Of a stretch of DNA of 64,000 nt, positions 52,451-64,000 are shown one piece after another. A program made the translations under genes and the position numbers. How positions within the stretch are numbered: the first letter of the stretch is position 1; each line of letters begins with the position of its first letter. The stretch spans positions 44,020,001 to 44,084,000 of the forward strand of contig OX597834.1 of the NCBI GenBank assembly GCA_951406725.2, written 5' to 3'. A model generated the notes under the pieces. The model saw only the letters and a list, made by a program, of their open reading frames with translations, was not told where the DNA came from and did not search any database. This stretch comes from Octopus vulgaris (taxonomy: Eukaryota).

Positions 52451-52585
52451 GGCAACACCTGGAGGCATATTGGCCAACAATTCGCTACATGTACAGCATC
52501 TGGTGTTCTAAAATATAACTTAAAGACTTTTGTAAGTGGTGCTGTTAAGATAGACGTAGACAAGACCAGTAATGGTTAAAATCTA

Positions 52586-52700
52586 ATTGGTTCAGAAATG
52601 AAAGTAATTCCGCTTTTAGCCAATGCGGGACAGGGATTGGCACATTGTGCCATTTGTGTCCTTCCCGATTGGTGCTTAACAAAGGCCTGCTTCAAGATGG
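52586..52700. promoter_or_regulatory. Cluster of four CCAAT boxes plus a YY1-like motif
   Basis: ATTGG at 52586, CCAAT at 52620, ATTGG at 52636, ATTGG at 52668; caagatgg at 52693. Confidence 0.3.
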
Positions 52701-53464
52701 TAGCCTCACATCAGCTTTTGCTTAACAAGTATCTCTTCACTACAAAACTCAAACTTTGCAAAAGAAAGAAGTGAAATGTATTTTACTTTCACAAATGTTA
52801 GAATTTAAGTACCTATCAAACCTACTCACCAGGGAAAGAACGAAAAAAAAAACAATCAAAACTAATATAAAAATAAAAATAAAAAGATGTCAGTGGGAGC
52901 ATAAAACGATGAATTTGATGAAGAATAGAAACAAAAATAACTTTTCCAACAACAGAATGGAAAATAAAAATAAAAATAAAAATGAAATAAAATAAAAATA
53001 AAATTTCTGAGAGAAACATTATTTAAAAAAAAAAGAAAAGAAATAAAAAAAGACAAAGAAAAAACTTAATGAGGTGATTTTTGTTTTTTTGCTTTCTTTC
53101 TTTCTTCTTAGTATGTTATAAGAGGAAATATAATGGTGTGTATTAAAGAGCTGAGACATGAACAGGATACATATACCAGGTGAAATCCTTGCCAACATTT
53201 AATGGGTTAGCACCAGGAGGGGGGAAAGATGAAGAGAGAGAGAGGAAGCCATTCTGTGTGTGTGTGTGTATGTGAATGCGTGTGTGTGTGTGCGAGAGAG
53301 AGAGAGAGTGTGTGTGTGTGTGTGTGTGTGTAGTGTAATTGGTACTGAGAGAGTTAATGTCTTGTTTTTGTTGCCGTTGTAAAGGTGTGATAGAAGTGAG
53401 AGATATTCAGGTGTTCTCTATTGTATGTGAATGTGTGGATATGTGTGCGAAGTAATACTTATTA

Positions 53465-53504
<40 letters not shown>

Positions 53505-53764
53505 TGTGTGTGTGTGTGTGTGTGAGTGTGTGTGTGTGTGTGAGTGTGTGTGTGCATATGCTTGTTTATATAAGTGCATCATATTTTATATACATATACA
53601 TATATACATATCTATATATCTATATAAATCTATATATAGATATATACATATATATTTAGTAGATAAAGCTGTGTGAGCTGTAGTGTTGGTGGTGGTGCAT
53701 GTGCTATTGTATTCATGAAGGTGGTTGTTGCAGTTTTGGTTGTAGTGTTTTTATAGTGATGGTA

Positions 53765-53816
<52 letters not shown>

Positions 53817-54065
53817 CCATCATAGAAGTGGCAACATAGCAGCAGCAGTGATGCATAACAAAAGTAGTTGCATATTGATCACACACACACACACACAAAA
53901 AGAGTGTCCATAAAGTCTGTATACAATATGTAGCTTAAAAGCATGGAAGTTGTAAAAATAATTTACGGACACCGTAGATACACACATACATACAAACACA
54001 CACACACACACACACACACGCATGTACATACTTACATAAACATGCGTAAGTAGTACATAGTTGCA

Positions 54066-54365
54066 GGCATGGTCATGTGGTTAAGATGTCAGACTCCCAT
54101 CCACATGGTCCTGGGTTCAGTCCCACTGTGTTCCGTTATGACAGCATGATAATCGTAAATGAGCATCCCTGTCATACAAGCAGTGTCATTCATTTCCAAT
54201 ATTCTGCGATAAGTACGTTTGGCACTGAGGGGAAAATAATAAAAAAATATTACCCAGGTTAGAAATAGCTGAGGGTTAGCAACAGGAAAGGCATCCGGCC
54301 ACAGAGAACCTGATTCAGTAAACGCCATCCAAATACAGAAAAGCAGACCCTGATGATGATGATGA
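54066..54365 (+). mobile_element. Mosaic SINE: B-like tRNA head, distinct middle, RTE-type tail
   Basis: ggcatggtcatgtggttaag...gggttcagtcccactg head; gggttagcaacaggaaaggcatccggcc and (GAT)n tail; middle shared with ~3700-3850 (-). Confidence 0.55.
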
Positions 54366-54476
54366 AAACGACACATGGAATAGTAACAACAACAAAACAG
54401 AATCCATGTTGCATAGGGGAATGGTTGAATTGGTGACACTTCCCATGTAGCAAAAAAGAGAGGAAGGTGGAGGGGG

Positions 54477-54776
54477 GCAAATTGATCGTTAGAACCAGGT
54501 GTAGGGGCGAAAGACCAGTCGAGCTGTCTAATAGCTGGTTCCCTCCGAAGTTTCCCTTAAGATAGCTGGCGCCAGTGGGAGAATGACACGCAACTCTGTC
54601 GGGTAAAGCAAACGACTGGAGGCTCCAGGGACGGTGACGGCCTCGATCTACTCTCAAACTCGGAATGGCCGAAACGAGCCACTCGTCTCTCGATCGGAGG
54701 CGACCGTATATTGTGACGAATGCATGGTGCCAAGTAGGCCACTTTTGGTAAGCAGAACTGGTGATGTGGGTTCACC
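54477..54776 (+). pseudogene. 28S (LSU) rRNA fragment, dispersed and degenerate
   Basis: Contains LSU core motifs taggggcgaaagac, tagctggttccctccgaagtttccc..gatagctgg, ggtaaagc, ctctcaaact and ggccacttttggtaagcagaactgg in the correct order; no other rDNA nearby. Confidence 0.9.
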
Positions 54777-54914
54777 TATGCAATGTCCCTTATGTCATCA
54801 ACTACAACAGTAAATCTCAACCATTTTTTCAGCATATGGGCCCCTTTCATTCTGGTTTCACTCAGGTGGACCTTAACAGCCACTGGATATTTAAAAATAA
54901 TTAAATACCGGCAT

Positions 54915-55350
54915 CAAATTTTGGCACAAGGCCAGCAAGACCAGGAGTTGGGTGAAGTCAATTAGAATGACCCCAGGGCTCAACAGGTGCTTATTTCACT
55001 GATCCTGAAGGGATGGAAGGTGTAGCTGACCTCAGCAGAAATTGAACTCAGAACATAAAAACTGATGAAATGCCACAAAGCATTTTGTCCAGGGTGCTAA
55101 CGATTCTGCCAGCTAGCCTCCTTCATAATAATAATAATAATAATAATAATAATCCTTTCTACTATAGGCACAAGGCCTGAAATATGGCGGAGGGGGATAG
55201 TCGATTACATCAACCCCAGTATTCAACTGGTACTTGATTTATCAACCCCGAAAAGATGAAAGGCAAATTTGGCAGAATTCGAAATTAGAGATGAAAAGAC
55301 GAATGAAGCCTCTTGTCCAGTGTGCTAACAATTCTGCCAGCTCACTGCCT
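54915..55350 (-). mobile_element. Two tandem SINE C units separated by (AAT)n
   Basis: Both units have the family C body and head. Confidence 0.8.
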
Positions 55351-56807
55351 AATTCATAATTGAATGTTATTAGAAATTGCATTAAAAAACTGCCAAAATA
55401 TTTCGTGTGTTGGAGAACTTATAAGCAATTTATTGCGCATGAATTTTAACAGCAAAATAAGGTAAAGTTACTTATTTGAGTCATGCCGGATCATAAAGGC
55501 CAGTTTCCCAGTTTCCGTCGCAAGATTACTCATCTCTGCCAGTTAAGTGGACTGGAGAAATGTGAAATGAAGTGTTTTGCTCAAGAACACAACATGTCGC
55601 CTGCACCAGGATTCGAAACCACAATCTTACGATCATGAGTCCAACACACTAACCGCTAAGACACGTCCCTCCACAAAATTTTTTATGGACCCAATTGAGA
55701 AGCTTAAAATCCTGTTGTCAACAACATTACTCTCTGGAATCAGGTCTTACTTTTGCTTGTTTAGGGTTTGAAGTCAACCTCATGGACACAGGTTTATCTT
55801 TCTTCTTCAATTTTGCATCCAACCTAAGGTTGGCTCGTCTCAAACTGTCCCACCCATGCCAGCATGGAAGTCGGACATTAAACAATGATGATGAACAGAC
55901 ATTAAAATCATTTTCAATCCCATGGTTCCAGTAGATTTGGGAGGAGGAAACTGAAAGAAGTCTGTCATATATACATATGTATGTATCTATTGTGTGTCTT
56001 TATATGTGTTTGTCACCAACACCACCAGACAGTCAGTGTTCATGCATTTATGTACCCGAAACTTAGCAGTTTGGCAAAGTGTAACTGATAGAATAAGTAC
56101 CAGGCTTGAAAAAACCCAGAAAAGACAAGTCCTTGGGGTCAATTTGTTCATCTAAAACCCTTTATGGCAGTGCCCCAGCATGGCCACAAGAAATGAATAA
56201 AAGAATATACATATGCATACATACATTCCTCTGGCTTTTCTACAGATGGATGCTCATCCTGTCACTAACCCTCACCTCTTTCCCAACAAATAATTACTCA
56301 TGATCATCATAGACGACCAGCAATAAGCAACGTTGCTTGAATAATGGCAATTCCTCTTCATGGCAATCACACGTCTCACACACACACATGTAGGATGCAT
56401 ACCAAATCCACTCACTGTACACACACACACACATCAGGCCTGTCTTTGACTTATATCTATGTGGAAGATGTTAGGCAAAGATGCCTGATATGTGTGTGTG
56501 TGTATATGTATAATATAAATGTATGTATGTAGGTATATATGGATGTATATACATACATATACATAAGTGTATGTGGTGTATATGGTGCTATATATATTTG
56601 TGTGTGTGTATGTATATATGTATATATATATATAACATATGGTATAAACAGGTCAAATATATAAATACATGTATATATGTAGTTATATATATATATATAT
56701 ACATATAAACAGATGTATATATATATATGTGTATCTATATCTACATAATATATACATAAGTATATAGATTATCATCATTTAACTTCTGCTTTCTATGCTG
56801 GCGTGGG

Positions 56808-56846
<39 letters not shown>

Positions 56847-57212
56847 CTTGCATCTATGAGTGTGTGTGTGTCAGTACAGAGACAGAGGAAGTGCATATAT
56901 ATGTATGTTGTAACAAGCAGACATGTGTGTGTGTGTATATATATATATATATACACACACACACATCTACATGCAAACAACGTGTAAGTAAATAGATTAA
57001 CACACTTATCTACCACTGACAAACTGGGTTAAAAAGCTGAAAACGGGGAGCCTGGGATCGTAAGGATACGAGAAAGCTTTTTTACCCCAGAGACTGACAT
57101 GCTGATACAAAGAAGGGGCCCTTATTTTATAGCAGGAATCAATGAGCGAAACAGATGTTGATGTAACAGAGATCTGACTTACAGTTCTAATCTCTGTTTA
57201 TGTCTTTCACAG

Positions 57213-57260
57213 ATTGCATGCGAGACAGAGATGGGAACGGTGAAGAATTCATGCTTCGGT
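57213..57260 (+). CDS. Candidate 48-nt phase 1-1 exon, (D)CMRDRDGNGEEFMLR
   Basis: Branch-like ctaat, pyrimidine tract tctctgtttatgtctttcacag, open frame, donor gtatgt; in frame with 11322-11376. Confidence 0.4.
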
Positions 57261-57552
57261 GTATGTGCGATATCTACACCTTTGCCATTCACGGTTTTTA
57301 TCTCTCTCTCATTTCTTTTTTTTTAATTAAGTCCTGTAATTAGATTATGTTAAAGATAAAGTTGATAATTAGGCACAGGCATGGCTGTGTGGTAAGAAAC
57401 TTGCCTCCCAAGCACCTGGTTCCGGGTTCAGTCCCACTGCGTGACAGCTTGGACAAGTGCCTTCTACTATAGCCTCAGGTCGACCAAAGCCTTGTGAATG
57501 GATTTGGTAGATGGAAACTGAAAGAAGCACGTCATTTATATTATACATATAT

Positions 57553-57999
57553 TATTTACATTTGATGGATATTTGTCCTCATCTTGCTTGTTGTTAACAC
57601 AACATTTTGGCTGATATACCCTCCAGCCTTTATCAGGTGTATTGGGGGAATTTTGAACCTGCGTTCTCATGCCTAAGGTATTTTTCGATGTTGTTATTAA
57701 TATCATTATCATTATTATAATTATTCAGGAAACAAACTCGGAATCTTGGGGTTAGTAACCCGCACTCTTAACCCCAAGATTCTGAGTTCAATTCCATGTA
57801 GTGACCTGAATAGTAGTAATAATAATATCAAAAAATACCTTAGGAATGAGAACCCAGGTTCGAAATTTCCCCAAGACACCTGATGAAGACTGGAGGGTAT
57901 ATCAGCCGAAATGTTGGGTTAACAACAAACAAGATGAGGACAAATATCCATTGAATGTAAATAATGTACATAATTCCTCATCTCTTAAATATAGAACTG
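57553..57999. mobile_element. Foldback tRNA-head + hammerhead retroelement, copy 2
   Basis: Arms ~57553-57760 and ~57769-57965 are inverted, each with a tRNA remnant, (AAT)n, body and hammerhead; 14-bp TSD tattatacatatat (57539-57552, 58000-58013). Confidence 0.82.
57876..57920 (+). ncRNA. Minimal hammerhead ribozyme motif (degenerate)
   Basis: acac-CTGATGA-agactgg/agggtata/tcagcc-GAAA-tgtt-gggt; mirror copy on the minus strand at ~57597-57640. Confidence 0.62.
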
Positions 58000-58244
58000 T
58001 ATTATACATATATGTGTGTGTGTGTGTGTCTGTGTGTGTGTGAGTCCCCACCACCAATGCTTGAAAGTCTTGTGGTCGATTTGTGCTACTAAAACCCTTC
58101 CAGGCGGTGCTCCAGCATGGTCAGAGGCAAAAGACTGAAACAAGTAGAATAAGAGAAAGAATTACAAGAGAGAGGTTGGCAGCAGAAATGGCAGAGAAGC
58201 AGGTAAGGCACCTTGCAATACTGAGTCTCAACCCATTCTATGTT

Positions 58245-58642
58245 TTATTCTACTCTCAGTACAAGGCCCAAAATTCATAAGGGGGGGGGGGGTCAATTAG
58301 ATTGACCGCAGTATGCAACTGGTACTTAATTTATCGACCCCGAAAGGATGAAAGGCAAAGTTGACCTCAATGGAATTTGAACTCAGAACGCAGTGACAGA
58401 TGGAATACCTATTTCTTTACTGCCTACAAGGGGCTAAACACAGAGAGGACAAACAAGGACAGACACACGGATTAAGTCGATTATATCGACCCCAGTGCGT
58501 AACTGGTACTTATTTAATCGACCCCGAAAGGATGAAAGGCAAAGTCGACTTCAACAGAATTTGAACTCAGAACAGAGCAACAGACGAAATACTGCTAAGC
58601 ATTTTGCCCAGTGTGCTAACAATTCAGCCAGCTCACTGCCTT
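58245..58642 (-). mobile_element. SINE family C heterodimer
   Basis: Same two-tail architecture as 18474-18906. Confidence 0.82.
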
Positions 58643-59055
58643 AATAATAATAATAATAATAATAATAATTAATAATGATAATAATGATAATAACAAATTA
58701 CATAGAATGAGAAACATTAGATAATCATGGTTATAATTACACTGACGATGAATGTTATAATTACAGCGATAATGATGACGATGATGGCGGTAGCTCTAAT
58801 GTGAAAAAGATACTAATTGGAAGTGAAGAAACCTGAATGGAGATTCCGTGAAGCAGTAAAACACAAAAGGCTACAATGAATTGATGGCAGCAGATTGCAG
58901 GTCGGTGGTGTCGGTGGTGGTGGTCGTGGTGGGGTGGGGGGTAAGAGAGGAGTCCAAGGATTGGAACAAGTTTTGCAACTTAACTGATTAATTACTCTTC
59001 ATAATGTAAAGCTTATATGGTTGACGGTGGTGGATATGTAAATATAAGCAGTTAT

Positions 59056-59110
<55 letters not shown>

Positions 59111-60651
59111 CACATGTGTGTGAAAAATTATACATATTAGTATTTCATTTATTTTATATGTATGCAGTAAGATTAATAAATATATATATATATACATATG
59201 TATATGTATTTATAAATAAATCAATATACATGAATATATGCAATAAGATTAATATATATATAAGAAAATCAATATATATATATATATATATATGCAGTAA
59301 GATTAATATATATATATATATTTTTATAAATAATATATATATATATATTATTTACACACATGCATAGACACACATACATATACATATATATACACACATA
59401 CATTACACACACATATATAAATATATATATGCACACATATATACATACACACACACATATAGGTACGCATGTGTAGGTAAATGTGTGTGTGTATGTGTGT
59501 ATATGAGAGGATATGTTTGTAATTATATATATTTATAACACAATATATACAATCCTTTTAATTTTTTATTTTTCTTGTGTTTTCTTTCTGTTTTTCCTTT
59601 ATTTTTATTTTTTTGTGCAAGCCATCAACACAGAAGCGAAAGAGGAAATTCACGCCAGGACAAATGTTGGCAATCGTTGATCGACACAAGGAAGTCACAC
59701 GGTTGCACGAATTTAATAACCTTAGAGCTACACAGGTAGATGCACCAGTCTAAGGGCCCACGGAGGAGGGTGAGAAAGGGCAGGACTAATATTCTCAAAC
59801 TGCTTTATCGACCCCTCTACAACATGGTTGCTCAAGTTACAAGAAATAGAAGCCTAATCTTCCTCAACAAAGGACATACTAAGGTAATAAAGTCAGAAAC
59901 ACGCAATGCAAATAACAGGGTGGTCACACGTGGAGTGCTTTTGATCAGAGGGTTTTACTCAACGCTGACTGATTAAGCCTCTAACTTCAGGAGAAATATG
60001 GTGAGGTTAGAAATTTGCTTCCCTAACACATGATTGAAGGTCCATTCCCACAGCATGGTACTTTAGGATAGTTTCTCCTACTGTAGCCTCAGGCTAATGA
60101 AAGCCTTGTGAGTGAATATGGTGGACAGAAACTGAAAGCTTGTTCCATTTATGTATGTGTGTGCGATGTTATGTGGTGGACAGTTTGACAAGGGGGCAGC
60201 AAGCCACAGGACTGCACCAAACTCCATCGTCAGCTTTGAAATGACTTTTACAGCAAGATGCCCTCCCTAATGTCAATCCACTTCATAGCAAACACTGGGT
60301 ACTTCCCAACCAATTCTGCCTGTCAAGATCATTCACCAGACATAGATTGGCTTGAGGTTCTTGGAGAGGTCACTTTGTTACCACTGCCATGCATTCCATT
60401 TCTTGCTTTAGAATTTCATCAGATAAGAGCAATGCTCTCTTGCAAGAACTGGTGATGGTAAACGATGACGTTATCCATGGATTCTTGCTTGCTACATGAC
60501 TAGGACTGCTACTAAAAGCTCTGAAGGTCCAAGAAGTGGTCAACAACCAAAGAACAGACAACATGAGAACAAGTACAGGACATGATAGCTTCAGCACAGT
60601 TTCCCTTTGGGCTGGCTCAAAACTATGGTTCCATGCTTTAGAATTGAACAT

Positions 60652-60840
60652 GGGTGAAATGCTTAGCGGTATTTCATCTGCTGCTACATTCTGAGTTCAA
60701 ATTACACTGAGGTCAACTTTGCCTTTCATTCTCTCGGGATCGATAAATTAAGTACTTGTGAAAAACACTGGGTGTTGATGCAATCAACAGGTCCCCTCCC
60801 CAACAAAATTTCAGGCCTTGTGCCTATGGAAGAAAGGATT
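60652..60840 (+). mobile_element. SINE family C
   Basis: gaaatgcttagcggtatttc...gagttcaaatt...gcctttcattctctcgggatcgataaattaagtac. Confidence 0.8.
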
Positions 60841-60861
60841 AATGCAATACAACTGGCAATT

Positions 60862-61208
60862 TAATGGCACTCCGTCGGTTACAATGACGAGGGTTCAAGT
60901 TGATCCGATCAACGGAACAGCCTGCTTATGAAATTAACGTGCAAGTGGCTGAGCACTCCACAGACACATGGACCCTTAACGTAGATTCAACGTGACACAG
61001 AGTGTGACAAGGCTGGCCCTTTGAAACAGAAACAGGAAGAAAGAGTGAGAGAAAGTTGTGGTGAAAGAGTACAGCGGGGATCACCACCATCCCCTGCCGG
61101 AGCCTCGTGGAGCTTTAAGTGTTTCCACTCAATAAACACTCACAACACCCAGTCTGGGAATTGAGACCACAAGTCCGCTGCCCTAACCACTGGGCCATTG
61201 TACCTCCA
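60862..61208 (-). mobile_element. tRNA-headed SINE, family F
   Basis: Minus strand ggaggtacaatggcccagtggttagggcagcggact...tctcaattcccagactggg; related tail fragment at ~28150-28310. Confidence 0.7.
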
Positions 61209-61475
61209 ATAACTAGCAATGGATTGCCATCAAACGTGCAGATGAATTTAAGTACCACCAACCAAAATAACAATTATTGTTAACTTCTTGCCTCTCTAAA
61301 TCCATCAAATAAGGGCCATACTACTTTCAGGTTAACTCAAAATGTGCACAGATACCTGAAATCTATAAATTTTGGTAACTATTTGAGAACCTTGTCAGTG
61401 GCTGCCACTCCACACACATAATGTGCATATGTCACCTCTAGTCTCTTTTTCCCTTTCGCTAATCCCAATCTATGT

Positions 61476-61832
61476 CACCGTCATCATTGAACGTCCGTTG
61501 TCCATGCTGGCATGGGTTGGACAGTTTAACCAGGACTGGCAAGCTGGAAGGCTGCACCAAACTCCAGTCTGCTTTGACAGGGTTTCTACGGCCGGATGCC
61601 CTTCCTAACACCAACCACTCCAAGAGTGTAATAGGTGCTTTTGCGTGCCACTGGCAAGGGTACCATTTGCATGACACCAGTATCTGCCACAGCTGTGATT
61701 TTACTTGGCTTGGTGGGACTTCTTCTCAAGCAAAGCATAATGCCAAACGTCTTGGCTAGTCATCATTGCCTCCGATGCTTTTCACGTGTCACCGGCATCA
61801 GCCACCTTGCCTTCGTAAGGCCCAAACGCTCC
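61476..61832 (-). mobile_element. RTE LINE 3' end including the last ORF codons
   Basis: Minus strand remnant ...LGLTKA...MTSQDVWHYALLEKKSHQAK*, followed by the family D 3' UTR and (GAT)n tail. Confidence 0.7.
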
Positions 61833-61984
61833 TGTAAAAAAAAAATCATTTAACTCTTCATAATGAAAGTGATTTACAGATTTGGCTACTATTTCTAGCC
61901 AGTCAAGCACTCACATATCAGCTGTCTCAGAACAACTGTTTGACTATTTTAATGAAAATGATATGTATAACAAATTATGGAAGA

Positions 61985-62372
61985 AGTGGCATTGTGGTAA
62001 GTAGCATGCTTACGAACCACATGGTCCCGGGTTCAGTCCCACTGCGTGGCACCTTTGGGCAAGTGTCTTATACTATAGCCTCGGGCCAACCAAAGCCTTG
62101 TGAGTGGATTTGGTAGATGGACACTGAAAGAAGCCCTTCATATATATGTATATGTATATGTGTGTGTGTCTGTGTTTGTCCCCCCAACATCGCTTGACAA
62201 CCAATGCTGGTGTGTTTACCTCCCCGTAACTTAGTGGTTCAGCAAAAGAAACCGACAGAATAAGCACTAGGCTTACAAAGAATAAGTCCTGGGAGCGATT
62301 TGCTTGACTAAAGGAGATGCTCCAGTATGGCCACATTCAAATGACTGAAACAAGTAACAGAAGTAAAGAGTA
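61985..62372 (+). mobile_element. SINE family B, full length
   Basis: Colinear with 28504-28875. Confidence 0.9.
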
Positions 62373-62555
62373 ACACATCATACAGGGTCAGCATTTGAAT
62401 CAACCCTATCTGGCCCCAATATGCAATCTGCTTTATGTTCAAACCAACGAGATCCAGCCTATCACACCTACCCTTCAATGCCATCGTACAAATATAAAAT
62501 CATATCAGTGTTCCTAAGCTACAAAATAATGCATGATTAATTAAGCGCAATGTGA

Positions 62556-62993
62556 ATGGGCATCCGTGGTAGTGGAGTGCTAAGGGCACCATACGAGTGT
62601 GATCATTGCCAGGGCAACAAGCTGGCCTCTGTGCCGATGGCATGTAAAAAAGCACCATTTGAGTGTGATCGTTACCTGCATCGCCTTACTGGCATTTGTA
62701 CTGGTGGCATGTGAAAAAACATTCGAGCAAGGTCACTGCCAGTGCCGCTGGACTGGCTCCTGTGTAGGTGGCACATAAAAAGCACCATTTGAGTGTGACT
62801 GTTGCCAGTACCAAATAAAAGCACTCACTACACTCTCGGAGTGGTTGGTGTTAGGAAGGGCATCCAGTCGTAGAAACTCTGCCAGATCAAGATTGGAGTC
62901 TGGTGCAGCCATCTGGTTTGCCAGACCTCAGTCAAATCGTCCAACCCATGCCAGCATGGAAAGCGGACGTTAAACGATGATGATAGTGATGAT
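62556..62993 (+). mobile_element. Family D (RTE-tail) element with 4 internal ~65-bp modules
   Basis: Repeated ggtggcatgtaaaaaagcaccatttgagtgtgatcgtt...gcc units ahead of the standard tail. Confidence 0.8.
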
Positions 62994-63334
62994 TGACAAA
63001 ATAATCTGAACACTTAAGGATTTTAACTATATCTAAAAATGACTCTGGTTTCCAATTTGAAGAGGTCCTGCAATGTGCGCTGCTGTTCTTCTTGTATAAT
63101 ATATACACAACCAATAATGTGTTTAGCATCCAATACAGGCATCAGATATATAGCAATATGCATATAAAATGACAAAAAAAAATGAGATTTTAATATGTTT
63201 CGTTGTTATGAGATAACAGCTGGTACATGCATCATGCAATATGAATCCTGCTGCAATTATCTGGCTGCAGTTTGAAAATTACACAGCCTGGTTTTAATTA
63301 AGTACCTGCAGTCAACTTTATATATTCCGCATAT

Positions 63335-63705
63335 ATCTTTTGCGTGCTTCAATCATTGGATTTTGGCCATGCTGAGGCACTGCCTTGGAGAATTTCTTTT
63401 TTTTAGCCGAATGAATCGACCGCAGTACTTTATTTTTGGAGGTCTGGTTGCTTATATTGTTCTCTTTTGCTGAACTGCTAAGTTATGGGGATATAAACAC
63501 ACCAATACCAGTTGTCAAGCTGTAGTGGTGAGGGACAAACATAGGCACAAAGACATACACATATAGGTACATATACAAAGGGCTTCTTTCAGTTTCTGTT
63601 TAACAAGCCCGTGCACAAGAGTTTGGTCGGCCCGAGGCTATAGTAGAAGACACTTTCCCAAGGTGCCATGTGGCTTGGAAGCAAGCTTCTTACCACACAG
63701 CCACA
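63335..63705 (-). mobile_element. SINE family B, degenerate
   Basis: Reverse complement from tail to head. Confidence 0.78.
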
Positions 63706-64000
63706 TTTGCACCTTATCATCATTATCATCGCTTAACGTCCGTTTTTCATGCTGGCATGGGTTGGACAGTTTGACAGACCTGGCCAGCTGGAAGCTGTCC
63801 AGACTAACTGTCATATATATATATATATATATATATGACAATTAGTCTGGACTAATTTATATATATATATAAATTGGTCTTTTAATGATGGAACTCGAAG
63901 TAGATAAAGCTATAAATGATATAAATATTATAGCCATTCGAATATTAGGTTTAACATCCGTTGGATGGGAGAAGTGAGGGAGCCTCCAATTTTGTTTTTT

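Larger units (their letters stand above)
57372..58155 (+). mobile_element. SINE family B split by the foldback element
   Basis: Head at 57372-57535; tail resumes at ~58014. Confidence 0.8.

Noticed and set aside
54477-54776. Functional rDNA unit
   Set aside because: Only ~300 nt, mutated core motifs, no 18S, 5.8S or remaining 28S.
60370-60651. 93-aa minus-strand ORF in complex sequence
   Set aside because: No recognisable motif or splice signals; probably decayed TE or chance.

Overview
AT-rich, repeat-saturated eukaryotic DNA. The SINE repertoire and the extreme (TA)n/(CA)n/(GA)n/(AAT)n load look like an octopus (coleoid cephalopod) genome; this is inferred from recalled repeat patterns, not from a search. 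There is no long ORF: almost all listed ORFs are microsatellite or SINE artefacts. Gene content is at most two small phase-compatible + strand exon candidates (a signal-peptide exon at 11322-11376 and a 48-nt exon at 57213-57260), which would make most of the window one ~46-kb intron. Repeats seen: at least four tRNA-headed SINE families (my labels A, B, C, F), RTE LINE 3' ends, a HERO-like LINE C-terminus, two complete non-autonomous Helitrons, TTAA/piggyBac-type and hAT-type MITEs, a Penelope-like fragment and a degenerate 28S rRNA fragment. The most unusual structure is a ~270-300-nt non-coding element joining a tRNA-derived Pol III head to a minimal Penelope-type hammerhead ribozyme. It occurs twice (8838-9210 and 57553-57999), each time as a head-to-head foldback with a TSD and a ~35-nt tail on one arm only. 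This suggests a Penelope-mobilised, ribozyme-bearing SINE. Several long hairpins cluster in a visibly CpG-richer domain at roughly 32-50 kb.
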